In this document: positions 59,060 to 64,000 of the stretch, piece after piece | How positions within the stretch are numbered: the stretch's first letter is position 1 | How the letters are laid out: each line of letters begins with the position of its first letter | NCBI GenBank assembly: GCA_963737945.1 | Contig: CAVTUR010000016.1 | Location: 128,317-192,316 of the forward strand | Reading direction: 5' to 3' | DNA from: Blastocatellia bacterium | GTDB taxonomy: Bacteria; Acidobacteriota; Blastocatellia; UBA7656 | DNA: 64,000 bases | Program-made: the position numbers and the translations under genes | Notes under the pieces: model-generated | Seen by the model: the letters and a program-made list of their open reading frames with translations, nothing else | Told to the model about the DNA's origin: nothing | Database searches by the model: none

Positions 59060-61519
59060 ATGTCATTCGTTAACGATTTGAGAGTTGCATTCCGCTCGCT
59101 GACTCGAACCAAAGGGCTTGCGCTCACGGTGGTGCTGACGCTAGGGCTTGGCATCGGCGCCAACACCGCTATCTTCACACTGGTGCGCGGCGTGCTTCTC
59201 AAACCGCTCGTGAACCGCGACGAGGACCGGCTGATCTATATCCGTCAGAGCGCCCCTGGGGTCGGCGACGACAACACAACCTTCTCCGTGCCCGAAATCC
59301 AGGATTTGCGCGTCGGCGTCAAGACCCTGAGCGCGTTCGGCGATTTTTCCACAATCGGGTTCACAATGGTCGGCCTCGGTGAGCCGCGCGAAGTTCAGTC
59401 TGGGGTCGTCGGCGGGAACTTCTTTGAAGTCATGGGTCTGCACCCCGTTCTTGGCCGTCTCGTCGAACCTCAAGACGACGGTCCCAAAGCGCCTGGCGTA
59501 GTGGTTATCACATATCGTTTTTGGGCGAACAATCTTAACAAAGATACTTCGGTGATCGGCAAAACCGTGCGTCTTGGCAGCGTCCCTGCCACCGTCATCG
59601 GCGTACTGGAACCCTGCGTCCCGTATCCCCAGGAAACGGAAATCATCGCCAATGTCGTCACCAGCCCGCACCACCTCTCCGCCACCATGGTCACCGGCCG
59701 TATCCATCGCATGACTGAGCTCTTTGGCCGTCTCGCTCCCGGCGCCACGCTCGATCAAGCTCGCGCCGAGTTGCGTTCCGTCTACGGGGCCATGACCACG
59801 GAACATCCCGAAGCATATTCGCCCAAAGCAGACTTCCAGATCGGAGCGAAGCTGTTCCGCGATCAGATTACCTCGGACGCCCGGACTGTGTTGCTGGTGC
59901 TGCTCGCAGCGTCAGCACTGGTCTTCGTCATCGCGTGTTCCAACGTCGCCAACCTGATCCTCACACGGACGGTTCGCCGCGAAGGCGAGCTGACCATCCG
60001 TGCGGCGCTCGGCGCCAGCACAGGCGCGTTACGCCGTATGCTGCTGGCCGAAAGCCTTCTGCTTTGCAGCGCCGGCGCTGCCCTCGGTGTAATCAGCGCG
60101 TACCCGATGGTGGCTATCCTGGCCCGCTACGCCTCGCGCTTTTCCGTCCGCGCGCTCGACTTGACAGTCGATTCCAGCCTGCTCTGGGTGGGAGCTGCGC
60201 TGGCCGTCGTCGCGGCGGTGATTCTGGCGTTCGTCCCGCGCCTGCCGTCGGCCGATACGTCCAGTGGCCTTAGCCTATCGAGCGGCAGCGTGCGGATTGC
60301 CGGCAGCACGAGCCGCCGCCAGCGGATCTTCGCGGTTACACAAATCGCGGCATCCTTCGTGCTGCTGGCCGGCGCCAGTATGTTGATCACTACGCTGATC
60401 GCGTTGCAAACGGCGCAGACAGGCATCGACACCCGCCACGTTCTTGCCATCAACGTCCCAGCTATGTCCTACGGAAAAACGCCCCAGCAAGTGATCGATT
60501 TCTACAAGGAGTCGATTCGCCGCGTGGATGCGCTACCCGGCGTGAAAGAGACCGCTTTCGGCCTGATGGTTCCCTGGCGCGATGCCGCCGCCGGCTTCGG
60601 CCTGCAATTCTCCGCCGACGGTCATGTTCATGCCGGAGGCGAAGAGGATCCTCGCGCGCAGTGGCGTGTCATTTCTCCCGGATTCTTTGCCGCGCTCGGC
60701 GTTCCCATCCTCGCCGGTCGCGATTTCAACGACCTCGACGGCCAAAATAAAGATAAAGATCCCGTCGTCATCATCAGTGAGACTCTCGCACAGCGCATGT
60801 TCCCCAATCAGGATCCTATTAACCGGCATGTCTACTGGACGGATCCCGTGCTGACATTCGCCCCGGGGATTAGCGCCGCACCGCACCGCATCATCGGCGT
60901 CACCGCCGATATTGACGACCAACACATCGTTCCCGAGCCCATCCTTACCATCTATAGCTCATTTGAAGAAGGGCCGATGTTTGGCGGTCGCCTTTTCATC
61001 CATACCGATGCAGATCCTTATTCGCTGGTCACGCCGGCCACTCGGATCATTCGCGACATGTCCGTCGACCAGCCCATTGAGCGTGCTGCCACCCTCGAAG
61101 ACGTCCGCGCGGAAGTGCTTACACCGGACCGTTTGAACTCGCTGGTGTTTGGCGTGTTCGCGGCCGTCGCGTTATCGATTGCCTTGATTGGCGTCGCAGG
61201 CGTGCTCGCGTTTTCGGTCAGCTCACGGACGCGCGAATTCGGTATCCGGTTGGCACTCGGATCGCAACCACGAGATCTCCTTTGCGGCGTAATCGCAGAA
61301 GGCGTCGCGATGGCTGCGGCCGGTGTCCTTGCGGGCGCGGCCTTCGGGTTCGTGATGGCGCGTTTGGCGCGCAGCTATTTCCTCGACGTGAAGATGCCGG
61401 GCGCCTTGCCCGTGGTCCTTTCTGCGTTCGTGCTGATGGCCGCCGCGATCATCGCGTCCTCGGCGCCTGCCCTACGCGCTGCGCGCACCGACGTCATGAA
61501 GGCTCTTCGCGCCGAGTGA
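59060..61519 (+). CDS. ADOP-family duplicated FtsX/MacB-type ABC permease (acidobacterial duplicated orphan permease)
   Basis: Characteristic N-terminus MSFVNDLRVAFRSLTRTKGLALTVVLTLGLGIGANTAIFTLV and duplicated FtsX-like 4-TM modules. Confidence 0.85.
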   Translation: MSFVNDLRVAFRSLTRTKGLALTVVLTLGLGIGANTAIFTLVRGVLLKPLVNRDEDRLIYIRQSAPGVGDDNTTFSVPEIQDLRVGVKTLSAFGDFSTIGFTMVGLGEPREVQSGVVGGNFFEVMGLHPVLGRLVEPQDDGPKAPGVVVITYRFWANNLNKDTSVIGKTVRLGSVPATVIGVLEPCVPYPQETEIIANVVTSPHHLSATMVTGRIHRMTELFGRLAPGATLDQARAELRSVYGAMTTEHPEAYSPKADFQIGAKLFRDQITSDARTVLLVLLAASALVFVIACSNVANLILTRTVRREGELTIRAALGASTGALRRMLLAESLLLCSAGAALGVISAYPMVAILARYASRFSVRALDLTVDSSLLWVGAALAVVAAVILAFVPRLPSADTSSGLSLSSGSVRIAGSTSRRQRIFAVTQIAASFVLLAGASMLITTLIALQTAQTGIDTRHVLAINVPAMSYGKTPQQVIDFYKESIRRVDALPGVKETAFGLMVPWRDAAAGFGLQFSADGHVHAGGEEDPRAQWRVISPGFFAALGVPILAGRDFNDLDGQNKDKDPVVIISETLAQRMFPNQDPINRHVYWTDPVLTFAPGISAAPHRIIGVTADIDDQHIVPEPILTIYSSFEEGPMFGGRLFIHTDADPYSLVTPATRIIRDMSVDQPIERAATLEDVRAEVLTPDRLNSLVFGVFAAVALSIALIGVAGVLAFSVSSRTREFGIRLALGSQPRDLLCGVIAEGVAMAAAGVLAGAAFGFVMARLARSYFLDVKMPGALPVVLSAFVLMAAAIIASSAPALRAARTDVMKALRAE

Positions 61520-61612
61520 AATCATTGGCAGGCAACGGAACGGCAGCGTCCAAAGGGGTCAGGCTTCACTTCGTTGACATTTGATGCGGTATTCAGGAGA
61601 CTCTGCCCTACC

Positions 61613-61801
61613 ATGCCTCGCAAACCAAGGATAGAAATCGGTGGCGGACTCTATCATGTCATCACTCGCGTCAATAGTCGCCGAAAGATCCTTCGGCGAT
61701 TTCGATTCTTGGCTCCCTGGCGTGACGGATTGGAGCCTAAGCCTGGGGCTTCGAACGTCAACAAAGTCAAACCTGTGATCCTCTTACTCGGTGCGAGTTA
61801 A
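61613..61801 (+). pseudogene. IS200/IS605-type (RAYT-like) transposase N-terminal fragment
   Basis: MPRKPRIEIGGGLYHVITRVNSRRKIL matches the conserved Y1-transposase N-terminal motif; the rest of the ~150-aa protein is absent. Confidence 0.45.
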
Positions 61802-61879
61802 AGCGGAGAATCGGGCGAGTAGGCAGGTTTCTTCCGATGCTGAGGTTGAGGTTTGTTTTCTCCGTTTGCCGCCTGGTTT

Positions 61880-63700
61880 CCCGGCGGTGCCACGATATTT
61901 CAACCTTTCACCGGTTGGCCCCTGCCCCTCTCAGAACCGTGCGTGCGCTATTAACGCACACGGCTCCCCAGATTGTCATTCGCACTCCGATAAAACAGGT
62001 GTACCCGCACGCGTGGTTTCGGTAACGGGAATCGCTTTAGCATTTCCTCGAACTCTGCCCACTTGTAGCTCCTTCGCTGGCTTCGCCGGTTCAACCACTT
62101 GTACACCAGTTTCGTTACCTCTCGGTAGAATCGCGCGACTCCTCGGTAGTTGTCTGTCACTCCGTAGTAGGCGTAGTGCCCTCGCAGCTTCAGTCCTACC
62201 TTCTCTAGAATCCACATCGTCGGCATCACTCGCATTTGCTTCAGCCACTCTTTCAGGACTGCCAGTTTCGCCCGAAACTTCTTCCGCGACGTTACTCGCT
62301 TCATCCTGAATCGTCTCCCGTCCTTCCCACGGCTGCAGTAGTGAGTGAACCCTAGAAACTCAATCGTCCCGGGTCTCTCTCCTCTTGCTCGTGCGTTCCT
62401 CTCCGCGTCCCGGCCAAACTCCAGCACCTTGGTCTTCGTTGGCTCCACCTCTAGTCCGAACTTCCCCAACCTCTCGACTAGCGCTGCTTGGAATCTCATT
62501 GCGTCTTCCCGATTCTGAAAGCACACCACGAGATCATCGGCGTAGCGGATTAGCTTCGCCTTCCCCTTGCAGCTCTTTCGGTAGACCTTCTCAAACCATA
62601 GGTCCACGGCGTAGTGCAGGTAGACATTCGCAAGTACCTCAAGGCATGGAATTCCTAATGGCCGTAGTTTGTCGCTCCCAGCCTTCGGGATGTATACCCG
62701 CCGCACTGGTTGCGGCCGATACGCCATCCTGTGCAGTCGACTCACCAATTCCTTGTTGTTCGCCTCCAGGTTCTCGGCGTATTGCTCCTTGGTCACCTTG
62801 TCTACCCCAGCAGCTTTCTCTTCGCTCAGCTGCCTGAAGCACCTCAGCAGCAGTTCCTCGTTCATCAAATAATACAAATTGACGAACTTCAGCTTCCGCT
62901 CCTCCCGTGCTTTCGCTGCTATGCGGAGCAGTTTCGTTTCCACCGGTTCTCCGCTTCTGTGTTCGGCCGGTGTCTCTCTACTCTGCTCGACCATCTGTCG
63001 TCTCCTTCCCTCCAGCGGCATTACCCGCCTTCGCTGGTACTATTAGACGATCCGACTCCCTGCCGCTCCTTTGCCTCCCTCCCTTTGTGCGGTTGTTCGG
63101 CATACTCTCGCTTTCCCTCCTCGTCTTTTCTTCGGCGATTCGTTCCTGCGAAAGCAACGGCTGGGCCTCCCGGGTTGCCGTGTAGTCTCTGTGTCACGCA
63201 TGCCATGGTCTCCGACCCCGAGGAAGCGAACACTCCCTTGCCTTTTACGGCTGTGTCCGTGTTGACTTCCGCCATTCTGACAGCGTCGTCCTTCCTGTTG
63301 CCATGATTACGGGGCTCAATCCCTTCATCCTTTCGGCTTACGGCCTGCGTGCTTGCTGGCCTACGCTTAGCAGTGAGCATTACTGCTCACCACCCAAGGT
63401 CTCGCTACTCGGTGGCTGGCTAGGCCTTCCAAGGTGGGCTTCTCACCCACTAGACTCCACGGTATTGCCCGGTCGCTTCCAGAATTGCAAGCCCGGCACC
63501 CATCTCACCGATCTGTCGGCACGGCTCTTCCCGTCGATAAGCCTTCAGGATTCTCGCGAGTGGTCGGTTTCGGTCTCTGTTCCGGGAATCACCGAGTTGT
63601 TCATCGCTTAGATAGCCACCCTATGTCTCAGCGGCAAAATTCATCAAGGTTAACAACGGACGTTGAAGGGCGGGCGTTCCCGCGAGGGACCGCGATCCTG
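61880..63700 (-). mobile_element. Group II intron (boundaries approximate), antisense to neighbouring genes
   Basis: Domain V on the minus strand (GAGCCGUGUGCG-UUAAUAG-CGCACGCACGGUUC; plus-strand coordinates 61934-61966) immediately after the IEP stop; IEP ORF; LtrB-like domain I segments upstream. Confidence 0.75.
61951..63021 (-). CDS. Group II intron-encoded protein (reverse transcriptase/maturase) with apparent internal in-frame deletion of RT domains 2a-4
   Basis: RT1/2 (RRVYIPKAGSDKLRPLGIP) is directly joined to LANVYLHYAVD...YADDLVV (RT4 end/RT5); RT6-7 and maturase domain X (LRGHYAYYGVTDNYRGV) present; no En domain. Confidence 0.8.
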   Translation of the reverse strand: MPLEGRRRQMVEQSRETPAEHRSGEPVETKLLRIAAKAREERKLKFVNLYYLMNEELLLRCFRQLSEEKAAGVDKVTKEQYAENLEANNKELVSRLHRMAYRPQPVRRVYIPKAGSDKLRPLGIPCLEVLANVYLHYAVDLWFEKVYRKSCKGKAKLIRYADDLVVCFQNREDAMRFQAALVERLGKFGLEVEPTKTKVLEFGRDAERNARARGERPGTIEFLGFTHYCSRGKDGRRFRMKRVTSRKKFRAKLAVLKEWLKQMRVMPTMWILEKVGLKLRGHYAYYGVTDNYRGVARFYREVTKLVYKWLNRRSQRRSYKWAEFEEMLKRFPLPKPRVRVHLFYRSANDNLGSRVR

Positions 63701-63820
63701 TGCTAGAATGCGCGGGGCCGGACTCGAGAGATAGGCCAATTCGACCCGAGAAATCTTTGAAACTCCACGCAGCCAGAGGGAGTAATAGTAGTACCCATAT
63801 CTTTTATCTGAGAGAGGACT

Positions 63821-64000
63821 ATGAACATAACCAGACTCAATCTACGTCGAACCGCAGTCTCGATTTCCCTTCTTTTGGTGCTCGCGGCGATCGCATCCGC
63901 CCAGGATCTCGCTCCGAAGTTTGATGAATACATGAGCGCGCTTGCAAAGCAGCAGCGCTTTATGGGATCCGTGCTGGTCGCCCGGGACGGCAAAGTCATT
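63821..64000 (+). CDS. Secreted serine hydrolase / beta-lactamase-like protein (3' partial, runs off window)
   Basis: Read manually (edge ORF not in track): MNITRLNLRRTAVSISLLLVLAAIASAQDL...FMGSVLVARDGKV; GAGAGGA SD upstream. Confidence 0.5.
   Translation, partial: MNITRLNLRRTAVSISLLLVLAAIASAQDLAPKFDEYMSALAKQQRFMGSVLVARDGKVI

Noticed and set aside
59141-59806. Minus-strand 221-aa ORF inside the ADOP permease gene
   Set aside because: Antisense to a gene with unmistakable family signature; no domain content.

Overview
The window is a roughly 60% GC chromosomal segment that looks Acidobacteriota-like: it carries an ADOP-family duplicated FtsX permease, an acidobacterial-type VWFA protein and a CarboxypepD_reg/regulator-propeller protein. 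It is mostly housekeeping and envelope genes (ruvX-mltG, HtrA, CtpA, Fur, proline dehydrogenase, delta-9 desaturase, ROK kinase, threonine dehydratase, rpsA with a long leader, sppA, HIT, acyl-CoA dehydrogenase, MscS and a CPA1 antiporter). There is an Alternative-Complex-III-like cluster (actA-B1-B2-C-D) on the minus strand, an ArnT-like/GT2 lipid-linked glycosylation pair, an ECF42-type sigma factor with two DGPF/YciI-like genes and a low-GC DUF1801-like gene, a 932-aa SF1 helicase-nuclease fusion co-transcribed with an MFS pump, and a group II intron lying beside an IS200/RAYT gene fragment. No rRNA, tRNA or CRISPR was recognised. Three things stand out. First, a ~55-bp cis-module carrying tandem TGACGCGCACCC boxes sits in gene-relative orientation upstream of three adjacent transcription units and, as inverted copies, brackets a two-gene unit (a secreted HExxH protein and a REC-GHKL response regulator). 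Second, there is a family of intergenic tandem-octamer hairpin and palindromic elements, including a triplicated 3' end of the acyl-CoA dehydrogenase gene and a perfect 43-bp inverted repeat inside the ACIII operon. Third, an unusual number of frame-disrupted genes (HD-GYP, NhaP, ActC, ArnT-like, an alpha/beta hydrolase in an A5 run), which points either to real pseudogenisation or to indel errors in the assembly. ORFs running off the window edges are absent from the supplied ORF track and were read directly from the sequence.
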